From assembly GCA_013696975.1 (NCBI GenBank), contig JACCXO010000049.1, positions 1 to 44,597 on the forward strand: DNA of 44,597 bases, in the 5' to 3' direction. Both the position numbers and the translations under genes were made by a program. The stretch comes from Nocardioidaceae bacterium (GTDB lineage: Bacteria; Actinomycetota; Actinomycetes; Propionibacteriales; Nocardioidaceae). Positions within the stretch are counted from its first letter, which is position 1. Each line of letters begins with the position of its first letter. Below the pieces are notes generated by a model. That model saw nothing but the letters and a program-made list of their open reading frames with translations. It was not told where the DNA came from and searched no databases. Positions 1 through 9,067 of this stretch are shown here, piece after piece.

Positions 1-2
1 CG

Positions 3-941
3 TCAGTCGGCTTCGCGGATGACATCGAGGGCGTGCTGAAGGTCATCGGGGTACGACGAGCTGAACTCCACCCACTCACCACTGCCGGGATGTTCGAAAC
101 CCAACGCCACCGCGTGCAACCACTGCCGCGACAAGCCGACCCGCTTTGCCAGGACAGGGTCGGCGCCGTAGGTGAGGTCACCGACACAGGGATGGTGCAG
201 CGCACTCATGTGCACCCTGATCTGGTGGGTTCGGCCCGTCTCCAGTTGGATGTCGAGCAAGGAAGCAAAACGGTGGGCCTCGAGAGTGTCGAAGTGGGTC
301 ACGCTGTGCCGGCCACCAGCGCCGACAGTGAACTTGTGGTCGTGCTTGGCGTGCCGAACGATCGGGGCGTCGATGGTTCCCCGAAACGGGTCGAGGTGTC
401 CCTGCACCAACGCGTGGTAGGTCTTGTCGACCGCGCGCTGCTTGAAGGCTCGCTTGAGCCGCGAGTAGGCATGCTCGGACTTGGCGACCACCATGAGACC
501 ACTCGTGCCGACGTCGAGTCGTTGCACCACACCTCGCCGCTCGGGCACTCCTGAAGTCGAAATGCGAAAACCCGCTCCCGCGAGGTGACCGACGACGGTG
601 GGGCCGGTCCAACCCACGCTGGGGTGCGCCGCGACCCCGACGGGCTTGTCGACGACAACCAGGGCATCGTCGTCATACACGATGCGTAGTCCCGAAACGG
701 TCCGCGGAACGACCTGGAGCCGCGGCGACGGGCCTGGGAGGTTGACCTCGAGGAAGGCATCCTCCTCAACCCGGTCGGACTTCGCCGGTTGAACACCATC
801 AACGGTGACCTCACCGGCCGCGACCAGCTCGGCCGCCTTGGTCCGCGAGATGCCGAACATCCGGGCGATGGCCGCATCCACCCGCTCTCCGGACAGGCCA
901 CTCGGCACAGAAACCACCTTTGGGCCCGAAGTCGCGCTCAC
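3..941 (-). CDS. rluD: RluA-family 23S rRNA pseudouridine synthase (RluD-like)
   Basis: 312-aa ORF with an S4-like N-terminus, catalytic-Asp motif [16 protein letters not shown] and GRTHQIRVH motif. The GTG start overlaps the lspA stop (GTGA at 938-941). The lspA-rluD pairing is typical of Actinomycetota. Confidence 0.9.
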   Translation of the reverse strand: MSATSGPKVVSVPSGLSGERVDAAIARMFGISRTKAAELVAAGEVTVDGVQPAKSDRVEEDAFLEVNLPGPSPRLQVVPRTVSGLRIVYDDDALVVVDKPVGVAAHPSVGWTGPTVVGHLAGAGFRISTSGVPERRGVVQRLDVGTSGLMVVAKSEHAYSRLKRAFKQRAVDKTYHALVQGHLDPFRGTIDAPIVRHAKHDHKFTVGAGGRHSVTHFDTLEAHRFASLLDIQLETGRTHQIRVHMSALHHPCVGDLTYGADPVLAKRVGLSRQWLHAVALGFEHPGSGEWVEFSSSYPDDLQHALDVIREAD

Positions 942-1552
942 GAATGGCCTGAGTCGTCGGTCGTCTCGGGTCCAGACCCGCGGTCAGTGGGCGGCATAGC
1001 CGAGCGATCGGCTGACTCACGACTACCGTCCAGATGTATGCCGCGCAGGCTCAACACCAAGAACGCCGCGGCAGCCACGCAGATTGCCGAGTCGGCAACG
1101 TTGAACACAGGCCAGTTCGGCAGCTCGATGAAGTCGACGACATGTCCGCGAAAGGGTCCTGGTGGTCGCAGGATCCGATCAGTAACGTTGCCGAGGGCTC
1201 CCCCCAGCAGCAGACCAAGGGCAACAGCCCAGCCCGTGCTCCCTAACCGTCTCGCCATCTTGACGCACACCACGATGACGGCCAAGGCGATGCCGGTGAG
1301 AACGACGGTGTAACCGGTGCCCAAGCTGAACGCCGCACCCGGGTTGAACGTCAGCCGGAACTGAAACCACTCGCCAAGAAGGGGTCTTGGTAACCCATCG
1401 CGGAGTGCTCGGGTCGCCCATTCCTTGGTTGCCTGGTCGAGTGCGTAAACCGTCGCGGCGACGGCGAGCCAAACAAAGGTCGTGCGCCGACTCGCGAAGT
1501 GGCCGGCAGGGGTGTCGTCGTCGGTCAGCGACGTTCCTGGCGTTGTTTGCAT
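938..1552 (-). CDS. lspA: Lipoprotein signal peptidase II
   Basis: Four predicted TM segments, a conserved FNVADSAI motif and an NPGAAFS-type motif ([10 protein letters not shown]). I chose the ATG at 1552 (MQTTPGTS..., 204 aa) rather than the track start at 1615. It overlaps the 3' end of the upstream zinc-finger gene by 28 nt, so the exact start is uncertain. Confidence 0.85.
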   Translation of the reverse strand: MQTTPGTSLTDDDTPAGHFASRRTTFVWLAVAATVYALDQATKEWATRALRDGLPRPLLGEWFQFRLTFNPGAAFSLGTGYTVVLTGIALAVIVVCVKMARRLGSTGWAVALGLLLGGALGNVTDRILRPPGPFRGHVVDFIELPNWPVFNVADSAICVAAAAFLVLSLRGIHLDGSRESADRSAMPPTDRGSGPETTDDSGHS

Positions 1553-2340
1553 TCCATGCACAGTGTCGCACGCGGGAATGCCTGCAACCGCATCTTGCCG
1601 ATGGGGCGGTCGCACGACTCGCAGACCCCATAGCTGCCGGCGTCGATACGCCTTACGGCTTCTTGGACAAGCTCGAGGTTCTCACGGGCGTTCTTGACCA
1701 TTGACATTTCATGGTCACGCTCAAACGTGTTGGAGCCGACGTCTGCCTGGTCGTTGCCAGCACCCTCGCTGCCCGCGCGCAGAAGTTGCCCTATCTCCCG
1801 CTCGGCGGCGACGATCTCCGACTTCAACCGCGTCGCGTCGAAGTCGAGAGTCTCTCGCACCTCGGCAATCTCACCCGCTGTCCACGGTCGCTCACCCTCT
1901 CGAACCGCGAGGCGACTCGAGCCGTTCTTGGCACGCCTCGCCTTGGCTCGGGAAGTCGTCTTCGCTGGGGCCGTCTTCGCGGCGGCTCGTTCCTGGTTGG
2001 GCTTGCTTCCGGTCGCTGCCTTCTTCGCGGTTGCGGTCTTAGCGGGTGCCTTCTTCGCGGGTGCCTTCTGGGCGACCGCCTTCTTGGCGACCGCCTTGTT
2101 CGAGGCCGCCTTGCCCGTGGCCGCCTTGCCCGTGGCAGCCTTGCTGGCGGCAGCCTTCGTTGCAGGCCTGGTGGCGTCGGTTTTCTTTGCTGCCGGCTGC
2201 TTGGCTGATGACTTCTTGGCGGCGGTCTTGGGGGCGGTCACCCCAGCGGCGGCATTCTTGGCTGGGGCGCGCTTGCCATCGGTGGTCTTGGCGGCCACCG
2301 ACTTGTCGGCGCTAACGGCCGACGTCTTCTTGGCTGCCAT
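1525..2340 (-). CDS. TraR/DksA-family C4 zinc-finger protein with a long N-terminal Lys/Ala-rich (AKKA-repeat, histone-H1/HU-tail-like) region
   Basis: The C-terminus has CESC-N17-CMEC (a CxxC-N17-CxxC zinc finger) preceded by a coiled-coil-like region. The N-terminal ~150 aa are almost entirely A/K/T/P (AAKKTSA..AKKAPAKKAPAK..). I chose the ATG at 2340, preceded by GGGAGGGG about 8 nt upstream. The track ORF's 54-aa extension has no RBS. Confidence 0.8.
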   Translation of the reverse strand: MAAKKTSAVSADKSVAAKTTDGKRAPAKNAAAGVTAPKTAAKKSSAKQPAAKKTDATRPATKAAASKAATGKAATGKAASNKAVAKKAVAQKAPAKKAPAKTATAKKAATGSKPNQERAAAKTAPAKTTSRAKARRAKNGSSRLAVREGERPWTAGEIAEVRETLDFDATRLKSEIVAAEREIGQLLRAGSEGAGNDQADVGSNTFERDHEMSMVKNARENLELVQEAVRRIDAGSYGVCESCDRPIGKMRLQAFPRATLCMECKQRQERR

Positions 2341-2483
2341 CCTGAGGCCCCTCCCTGAAAGGCAATCCCCGCAGATGCGGTGACGAGAGGATAGCGGTGC
2401 ATCCAAACGTCCCATGCACCGACGCGCAGGAGTAACTCTGCATGCGGGCAAGGACAGATCGATTAGACTGTGCGCGCCGCACA

Positions 2484-2718
2484 GCGTTGATGAGGCCATC
2501 ACCTCGGAGCCGCCGGAAGAACGGTCAGCCCGCTGACCTACTAGAACCGGCCGCAGCGAAAAGCAAGAGGGTGCACCACCGGTATGTCGAGGTGGTGAGC
2601 CAAGAAGGGTGGTACCGCGGAACCCGGCTGAACCTCAGCCACTTCGTCCCTTCGCCACGACTGTCGAATGCGGCCCATGGCCCGCGACGACCTGTGACGA
2701 AGGGGAAGCGATCCTGCG
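2484..2718 (+). promoter_or_regulatory. T-box leader (tRNA-Ile sensing) of ileS, probably the translational SD-sequestering type
   Basis: The canonical T-box core AGAAGGGTGGTACCGCGG lies at 2603-2620; the UGGU bulge is complementary to an ACCA acceptor end. An upstream K-turn-like TGATGAG lies at 2488-2494, followed by a candidate Ile specifier ATC+A at 2498-2501. CCCTTCG (2648-2654) can pair with CGAAGGG (2699-2705), which overlaps the ileS Shine-Dalgarno GAAGGGGAAG. There is no U-tract terminator. Confidence 0.7.
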
Positions 2719-5700
2719 ATGAGCGCTCAATACCGAGCCGTGCCAACCCAGGTCGACCTGCCGGCCCTCGATCGCGACATCTTGACCTGGTGGCGCGACC
2801 ACGACACCTTCGCCCGGTCGCTGACAGAGTCCGCTGATGATGCCCCACGCTGGACGTTCTACGAAGGCCCCCCAACGGCCAACGGCAAACCTGGTACGCA
2901 TCACGTGGAGGCCAGGGTCTTCAAGGACGTTTTTCCACGTTTCAAGACGATGCAGGGTCACCTCGTCGAACGAAAAGCCGGGTGGGACTGCCAAGGTCTG
3001 CATGTCGAAGTAGGTGTCGAGAAGGAGCTCGGGGTCTCCGGCAAGCAGCAGATCGAGGCTTACGGCATCGCTGCCTTCAACGCCAAGTGTCGCGAGTCCG
3101 TGCAGCGTTCCACCGACCAGTTCGAGGAAATGACCGAACGGATGGGCTACTGGGTCGACACGGCGCAGGCCTACCGCACCATGGATCCCTCGTACATCCA
3201 GAGCATCTGGTGGTCGCTCAAACAGATATACGACAAGGATCTGTTGTTCGAGGCCAACCGCGTGTCGCCATACTGTCCACGCTGCGGAACCGTCTTGTCG
3301 GACCACGAGCTCGGACAGCCTGGTGGCTATGAGACCGTCGTCGACCCCTCGGTCTACGTCCGATTCCCGCTCACATCGGGGCCGGTTGCCGGTGCGGCGT
3401 CGTTGCTTGTCTGGACTACCACGCCCTGGACCCTGGTTTCCAACACCGCGGTCGCTGTGCATCCCGATATCGACTACGTCATCACCACCGACGGCACAGA
3501 GACGCTGATCGTCGCCCAGCCATTGTTCGAGGCGGTGCTCGGTGATGGTTGGACCATCACGTCGACCGTCTCCGGTCGCGAGATGGAGTATTGGCGCTAC
3601 CAGCGCCCCTTCGACCTGGTCGACTTCCCCTCTCCGGCCCACTTCGTCGTGCTCGCCGAGTACGTCACCACCGAGGACGGTTCAGGTCTGGTCCATCAGT
3701 CTCCCGCATTCGGCGCGGACGACCTCGAGGTGTGTGCGTCGTATGGCCTGCCCGTGGTCAACCCCGTCACCGCCGACGGGCACTTCGCCGCCGACGTCCC
3801 CCTGGTGGGTGGTCAGTTCTTCAAGCACGCCGACGCCGACCTGGTCTGCGATCTGGACAAGCGCGGCTTGCTCTTCCGCCACGTCGCGTACGAACACTCC
3901 TACCCGCACTGCTGGCGCTGCCATACGCCGCTTCTGTACTACGCCCTGCCGGCTTGGTATATCCGCACCACCGCGATCAAGGATGCGTTGATCGCGGAGA
4001 ACGAGAAGACCAACTGGCATCCGGAGAACATCAAGCATGGACGTTTCGGTGACTGGCTCGACAACAACGTCGACTGGTCGCTTTCGCGGACCCGTTACTG
4101 GGGCACCCCACTGCCGATCTGGCGCTGCGCCGACGACCACACGGTCTGCGTGGGGTCGTTGGCGGAGCTGGGCGAGTTCGCGGGCCATGACCTCAGTGAG
4201 CTCGACCCACATCGACCCTACGTCGACGACGTCGGGTGGCCCTGCCGCGAGTGCGGGCAAGAGATGCGGCGGGTCACGGAGGTGATCGACGCCTGGTACG
4301 ACTCCGGCTCGATGCCCTTCGCTCAATGGGGATACCCCTACGCCGAAGGGTCGAAGCAGCAGTTCGACGACGCCTATCCAGCGCAATTCATCAGCGAGGC
4401 GATCGACCAGACGCGTGGATGGTTCTACTCGCTGATGGCGATCGGCACTCTGGTCTTCGGCAGGTCGTCATACCAGAACGTCGTCTGTCTGGGGCTGCTG
4501 CTCGCCGAGGACGGGCGCAAGATGAGCAAGCACCTCGGCAACATTCTGGAACCGATGCCGCTCATGGACACCCACGGCGCCGACGCGGTTCGCTGGTTCA
4601 TGGTTGCGTCGGGCTCGCCGTGGGCAGCTCGGCGCATAGGTCCCGAGACCTTGCAGGAGATCGTCCGCAAGGTCTTGTTGACCTACTGGAACACGGTTGC
4701 CTTCCACACGCTCTACGCCCGCACCGCCGGCTGGGTTCCGCACGCGACGCCCGCGCCGGATATCGACCAGCGACCGGTCCTGGACCGCTGGGCGGTGTCG
4801 CAGGCCCACCGACTCGTCGTCGACGTGACCGCGGCCATGGAAGCCTTCGACACCCAACGCGCCGGGGCGCTGCTCGCGGCCTACATCGACGACCTCTCGA
4901 ACTGGTACGTACGCCGCTCTCGTCGGCGCTTCTGGGACGGTGATCCCGCGGCCCTTGCCACCTTGCACGAATGCTTGTATGTCGTGACGCTGCTCATGGC
5001 GCCGGTCACGCCGTTTATCACCGAGCGGGTCTGGCAGGACGTGTTCCGTGCTGCGTCCGTGGAGCTCCCGGAGTCCGTGCACCTTGCGCGCTGGCCCCGG
5101 GCTGACAAGAGCCTCGTGGACAACGAGCTCGACGCCCAAGTGCGACTTGCCCGTCGGCTAGTCGAGCTGGGACGTTCGGCGCGGGCAGAGGCCAAGGTCA
5201 GGACCCGGCAACCGCTGCAGCGGGCGCTCATCGGGTCCGCCGCGTTCGAGCGGCTGAACGGGGAGCTGCTTGCAGAGGTCGCGGGCGAGTTGAATGTACA
5301 GCGGGTGGAGTCGTTCGCATCAGCCGGCGACCTCGTGGAGCACACCGTGAAGGCCAACTTCCGCACACTGGGCAGACGGTTCGCCAAGCGCACACCTGCG
5401 GTGGCCGGTGCTATCGCAGCGGCAGACGCGGCGTCGATGGCCGACGAGCTGCGCACCCGCGGCACCGCGACGGTCTTCGTGGAGGGTGCCGACATCCAGC
5501 TGACCCCCGATGACGTGATCATCTCCGAGCGCCCGGCGCAAGGCTGGTCCGTCATCAACGAGCAGGGTGAGACCGTGGCCCTCGATCTCGACGTGACGCC
5601 TGACCTGCGTCGTGCTGGACTCGCGCGGGAGGTGATCCGGCTGGTTCAGGAAGCTCGCAAGGGCGGTGGCTTCGACGTCTCCGATCGGATCAGGTTGACC

Positions 5701-5889
5701 TGGGCAGCCGGGCCTGACACCGCGGAGGCCATCCGCGAGCACAGCGACCTGATCGCCGGTGAAGTGCTCGCCGTCTCGCTCGTCGAAGCAGTCTCAGGAA
5801 AAGCGATATCGGAGGAAGCTGCCGCCTCCTGGTCTCGCGACGCCGAGCTGGGCTTGTCCTTCGCGATCACTTCGGCCGGACCTGGCTAG
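2719..5889 (+). CDS. ileS: Isoleucyl-tRNA synthetase (long actinobacterial/type-2 form)
   Basis: 1056 aa. It has a HIGH-region equivalent (PPTANGKPGTHHVEAR), a KMSKS motif (RKMSKHLGN), and an editing-domain and anticodon-binding architecture typical of IleRS. Confidence 0.97.
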   Translation: MSAQYRAVPTQVDLPALDRDILTWWRDHDTFARSLTESADDAPRWTFYEGPPTANGKPGTHHVEARVFKDVFPRFKTMQGHLVERKAGWDCQGLHVEVGVEKELGVSGKQQIEAYGIAAFNAKCRESVQRSTDQFEEMTERMGYWVDTAQAYRTMDPSYIQSIWWSLKQIYDKDLLFEANRVSPYCPRCGTVLSDHELGQPGGYETVVDPSVYVRFPLTSGPVAGAASLLVWTTTPWTLVSNTAVAVHPDIDYVITTDGTETLIVAQPLFEAVLGDGWTITSTVSGREMEYWRYQRPFDLVDFPSPAHFVVLAEYVTTEDGSGLVHQSPAFGADDLEVCASYGLPVVNPVTADGHFAADVPLVGGQFFKHADADLVCDLDKRGLLFRHVAYEHSYPHCWRCHTPLLYYALPAWYIRTTAIKDALIAENEKTNWHPENIKHGRFGDWLDNNVDWSLSRTRYWGTPLPIWRCADDHTVCVGSLAELGEFAGHDLSELDPHRPYVDDVGWPCRECGQEMRRVTEVIDAWYDSGSMPFAQWGYPYAEGSKQQFDDAYPAQFISEAIDQTRGWFYSLMAIGTLVFGRSSYQNVVCLGLLLAEDGRKMSKHLGNILEPMPLMDTHGADAVRWFMVASGSPWAARRIGPETLQEIVRKVLLTYWNTVAFHTLYARTAGWVPHATPAPDIDQRPVLDRWAVSQAHRLVVDVTAAMEAFDTQRAGALLAAYIDDLSNWYVRRSRRRFWDGDPAALATLHECLYVVTLLMAPVTPFITERVWQDVFRAASVELPESVHLARWPRADKSLVDNELDAQVRLARRLVELGRSARAEAKVRTRQPLQRALIGSAAFERLNGELLAEVAGELNVQRVESFASAGDLVEHTVKANFRTLGRRFAKRTPAVAGAIAAADAASMADELRTRGTATVFVEGADIQLTPDDVIISERPAQGWSVINEQGETVALDLDVTPDLRRAGLAREVIRLVQEARKGGGFDVSDRIRLTWAAGPDTAEAIREHSDLIAGEVLAVSLVEAVSGKAISEEAAASWSRDAELGLSFAITSAGPG

Positions 5890-6629
5890 CTCTGTTGCCC
5901 TTCACCGAGCAACTCATGAAGTCGACGCGGAGTCTCACCGTCGGCTGACGGAGTGACCTGCACATCGCCGTCAGTGTCGCCTTCGAGTGCCTTGAGCTGG
6001 CTTTGGAAGTAGCTCTTCAGACGGCTGCGGTACTCCCGTTCGAAGGCGCGCAGGTCTTCGAGCTCACGCGCCAGGTTGTCTCGGTCGCGCTCGAGCTGAC
6101 CGAAGATCTGCTGGCGGCGCTCGGTGATTTCGGAGTCAAGGCGCTCCGAGCGGCTGCGCGCATCCGCGTCGAGCTGCTCGGCTGTCGTCTTGGCATCGGA
6201 TTGCAGACGCTCGGCTTTGGTGCGGGCCTCACCGACGATCTTGTCGGCGTCGTCGTGCGCCTCCGAGACAAGCTGATCGGCGTTCTGAGCGGCGATCTCA
6301 AGCAGTCGAGCGGCCGCGCCTGACGCTTGGGGCACAGTGCTCACAGCTGGCAGCGAGGCTGAAACGGACGTGGGTGCTGCTTCGGGCTTCGCCTGGCGAA
6401 CCGATCGTGACTCCGGCTCGGAAGCTTGGTCGGCGACGCCCGCCGGCCGCGACGTCGCGGAAGTGGCGGTGGCAAGCTTGCTGCCAAGGTCTTCGTTCTC
6501 TGCTTGTAGGCGACTCAACTCGACCTCGACCTCGTCGAGAAACTGATCGACCTCGGCCATGTCATAGCCTTCACGAAGGCGGACAGGCGTGAAGGTCTTC
6601 TTGTGCACGTCCTCGGGCGTCAACGGCAT
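5886..6629 (-). CDS. divIVA: DivIVA/Wag31 polar-growth and division scaffold protein
   Basis: The N-terminus MPLTPEDVHKKTFTPVRLREGYDMAEVDQFLDEVE is the DivIVA lipid-binding domain, followed by coiled-coil segments. The position after yggT/sepF is conserved. Confidence 0.93.
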   Translation of the reverse strand: MPLTPEDVHKKTFTPVRLREGYDMAEVDQFLDEVEVELSRLQAENEDLGSKLATATSATSRPAGVADQASEPESRSVRQAKPEAAPTSVSASLPAVSTVPQASGAAARLLEIAAQNADQLVSEAHDDADKIVGEARTKAERLQSDAKTTAEQLDADARSRSERLDSEITERRQQIFGQLERDRDNLARELEDLRAFEREYRSRLKSYFQSQLKALEGDTDGDVQVTPSADGETPRRLHELLGEGQQS

Positions 6630-6724
6630 GAACTCACCTCAGGTAGGTCGGGGAAATGGATACGGCCTGGAACAGGCTCACGGTATCGGTCCGTCGCACG
6701 TCCCGACAATCGAGCATGCGGCGC

Positions 6725-7027
6725 TCAGCCGAGGAGCAGGAGACGCTGGTTGAGCTGACGCAGCACCCAACAGATAAGGAGCACGAACAAGATCGAAAGG
6801 TCGATGGCCGCATTACCGAGTCGCAGCGGCGGGACGAGCCGACGCAGGAGCCTGATCGGAGGATCGGTAGCGGTGTAGACCAGCTCAAGTCCCACCAAAG
6901 TGGGTCCGACTGGCTGCCAGGATCTGGCGAACATCTGCACCCATTCAGCCACCACGCGAGCCAAGATGAGCATGAAGTAGGCCCAGAGCACGAGCTCGAT
7001 GACACTTCCGACAACTACCACGCGCAC
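6725..7027 (-). CDS. yggT: YggT-family small integral membrane protein
   Basis: 100 aa with two hydrophobic segments, in the conserved slot between sepF and divIVA. The competing 126-aa ORF in another frame (6634-7014) is Cys/Ser-rich and was rejected. Confidence 0.85.
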   Translation of the reverse strand: MRVVVVGSVIELVLWAYFMLILARVVAEWVQMFARSWQPVGPTLVGLELVYTATDPPIRLLRRLVPPLRLGNAAIDLSILFVLLICWVLRQLNQRLLLLG

Positions 7028-7066
7028 AGCCTAGGGGCAGTCGACGCGGGCATCAGCCCTACTTGG

Positions 7067-7558
7067 TCAGCTCTGGTTGAAGAACCCATCTTCGGCGATG
7101 CGCTGCTTGTCTTCAGCCGCCACGGTGACATTGGGTGGGGACAACAAGAAGACCTTGCTCGTTACGCGCTCTATCGAACCGCGCACGGCGAAGACCAGGC
7201 CGGCCGAAAAGTCCACCAGCCGCTTGGCGTCGCTGTCATCCATCTCTGAGAGGTTCATGATGACCGGCGTGCCCTCGCGAAAGTGTTCACCGATCGTCCG
7301 CGCCTCGTTGTAGTTGCGCGGGTGGAGAGTGGTGATGCGGGATAGCTCGGTGACGACATTCACCGGGCGGCGATGATCGGACAAGGATGCCACCGGGGCG
7401 GGGCGGCTCTCGGGCGCTGCTTTGACCGATCGATTAGGCGCCCCGACGGCCGTGCTTCCGGTGCTGTCGTCGTCGGAGTGGTAGTCGTCGTCCTGGTAGC
7501 GGTCGTCGCCTTCGACCAGACCCAGGTAGACCCCCATCTTGCGCATTGCGCCCGCCAT
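7067..7558 (-). CDS. sepF: Cell division protein SepF (FtsZ membrane tether)
   Basis: I chose the ATG at 7558 ([16 protein letters not shown], the typical actinobacterial SepF amphipathic N-terminus) with GGAGG upstream; 163 aa. The C-terminal SepF core is present ([27 protein letters not shown]...). Confidence 0.9.
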   Translation of the reverse strand: MAGAMRKMGVYLGLVEGDDRYQDDDYHSDDDSTGSTAVGAPNRSVKAAPESRPAPVASLSDHRRPVNVVTELSRITTLHPRNYNEARTIGEHFREGTPVIMNLSEMDDSDAKRLVDFSAGLVFAVRGSIERVTSKVFLLSPPNVTVAAEDKQRIAEDGFFNQS

Positions 7559-7625
7559 GACCTCGTCGCCTCCGGTTCGCTGATGAATGTCGGGAGCTGC
7601 CATTGGCGGCGGCTCGAAACTGACC

Positions 7626-8336
7626 CTACCGGAGCGCGGGGCGCTCACCGAGTATCGCGCTGCCGACTCGCACGTGTGTCGCGCCGGCGAGAATCGCGGC
7701 CTCGAAGTCGCCGCTCATTCCCGCTGACACCACCATTGCGGAGGGGGCGATCGAGCGCACGGCCCGGCTCGCCTCGCCGAGTCGCTGGTATGCCGACGCA
7801 CGGTCTCCTGCCGCAGGCGCCAGACCCATGACCCCCGCCAACCGGAGCGCTCCGGCACTGTGGATAGCTATCGCCACGGCTTCCAGGTCGGCCCAGCCCA
7901 CGCCGCCGCGACCCACCTGCGCTGTCTCGTCGTCCAGGCTCACCTGGACCAGGCAGTCGATCTCGCGGTCATGCTTATGTGCACCCAGATCGAGCCGCCG
8001 AGCCACTCGCGCCGAGTCGACGGAGTGAACCACGTCGGCATAGGAGGCGATGCGGGCGGCCTTGTTGGACTGGATCTGCCCCACGAAATGCCAACGCAGG
8101 CCGAGCTCGGCCACCTCGGTCGCCTTGGTCTCCGCGTCTTGGTGCCTGTTCTCGGCGAAGTCCCTCACACCCAGCTCGTGGAGCAGACGGATGTCACTGA
8201 CCGGCCACGACTTCGTCACTACCACCAAGGTGATGTCTTGTGGCTGGCGATCGACCACTCGCGCTGCGGACGCGATGCGCTCAGACACGCCCGTCAGAGC
8301 CGACGTCAACTCGGCGCGGCGAAGATCACCGTTCAC
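7626..8336 (-). CDS. yggS: YggS/YlmE-family pyridoxal-phosphate homeostasis protein
   Basis: Alanine-racemase-N-like fold with [10 protein letters not shown] (PLP lysine) and [12 protein letters not shown] chose the GTG at 8336, which forms a GTGA overlap with the pgeF stop; 236 aa. The track's 87-aa extension overlaps pgeF. Confidence 0.88.
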   Translation of the reverse strand: MNGDLRRAELTSALTGVSERIASAARVVDRQPQDITLVVVTKSWPVSDIRLLHELGVRDFAENRHQDAETKATEVAELGLRWHFVGQIQSNKAARIASYADVVHSVDSARVARRLDLGAHKHDREIDCLVQVSLDDETAQVGRGGVGWADLEAVAIAIHSAGALRLAGVMGLAPAAGDRASAYQRLGEASRAVRSIAPSAMVVSAGMSGDFEAAILAGATHVRVGSAILGERPALR

Positions 8337-9064
8337 GTCGCCGGCTCCTTGAGCACGACGATTCCCGCGAGTCGTCCGGACTGGTCTGCATCCCGGCGAA
8401 AGGAGAAGAGGTTCGGGGACTCGAGGGTGCAGCTGCCGACATCGGTCACCCGGCATCCGGAGTTCTCCAGCTGGCGACTGACCGCTGCCCCCAAGTCCAC
8501 GGCCGGCGTGCCCCAGGTCGTGCACCCGTATGCGGTTGGCACGACCGCAGCCACCTCGGCACGCATCTTCGCGGGGACTTCGTAGCAGCCGCCGCATACG
8601 TGCGGCCCAACCCAGGCCTCGATTGCCTCAGCACCGCGTCCCCGCATGGTCGACACCGTGGAGCCGACAAGATTGGTCATCACTCCGGCCCGCCCCGCGT
8701 GAACGACGCCCACCACACCTGCGTCCGCATCGGCCAGGACAACCGGCACACAGTCAGCAACGCGAACGCACAGCGCCACGTGATAGGAGTCGGTCACCAT
8801 GGCGTCGCAGGGTGTCTGCGGCGGATTGGACGAGTCAAGGACCGAGACGTCGGCGCCGTGGATCTGCTCCATCAAGGTCAAGCGTGGCACACCCAAGGCA
8901 CGAGCCACCCGATCGGCGTTCTGTGCCAGGTCGAGCCAGCGACCGGCTGCACCACTGAGGTCTAGCGAGTCGAAGGGCGAGCGGGAGACTCCCCCGTGGC
9001 GGTCAGTGAAGGCCACCTCGATGACTCCAGCCGACCCTCGGCGAGACACCCGAGCGGTGAACAC
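8333..9064 (-). CDS. pgeF: YfiH/PgeF (DUF152) purine-nucleoside phosphorylase / peptidoglycan-editing-factor family protein
   Basis: Contains FTDRHGGVS, QIHGADV, HAGRAG and CGGCYEV motifs. It occupies the conserved ylmD slot immediately after ftsZ. The start codon is GTG. Confidence 0.88.
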   Translation of the reverse strand: MFTARVSRRGSAGVIEVAFTDRHGGVSRSPFDSLDLSGAAGRWLDLAQNADRVARALGVPRLTLMEQIHGADVSVLDSSNPPQTPCDAMVTDSYHVALCVRVADCVPVVLADADAGVVGVVHAGRAGVMTNLVGSTVSTMRGRGAEAIEAWVGPHVCGGCYEVPAKMRAEVAAVVPTAYGCTTWGTPAVDLGAAVSRQLENSGCRVTDVGSCTLESPNLFSFRRDADQSGRLAGIVVLKEPAT

Positions 9065-9067
9065 GAA

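Noticed and set aside
2635-3642. 335-aa minus-strand ORF antisense to ileS. Similar long antisense ORFs include 1694-2383, 7860-8585, 10659-11264, 17102-18121, 19584-20591, 26451-27350, 36327-37031 and 39973-40794.
   Set aside because: Each lies fully inside a confidently identified gene on the other strand. They have Arg/Gly/Pro/Ala-biased composition and no motifs. Stop-codon-poor antisense frames are expected in high-GC DNA.
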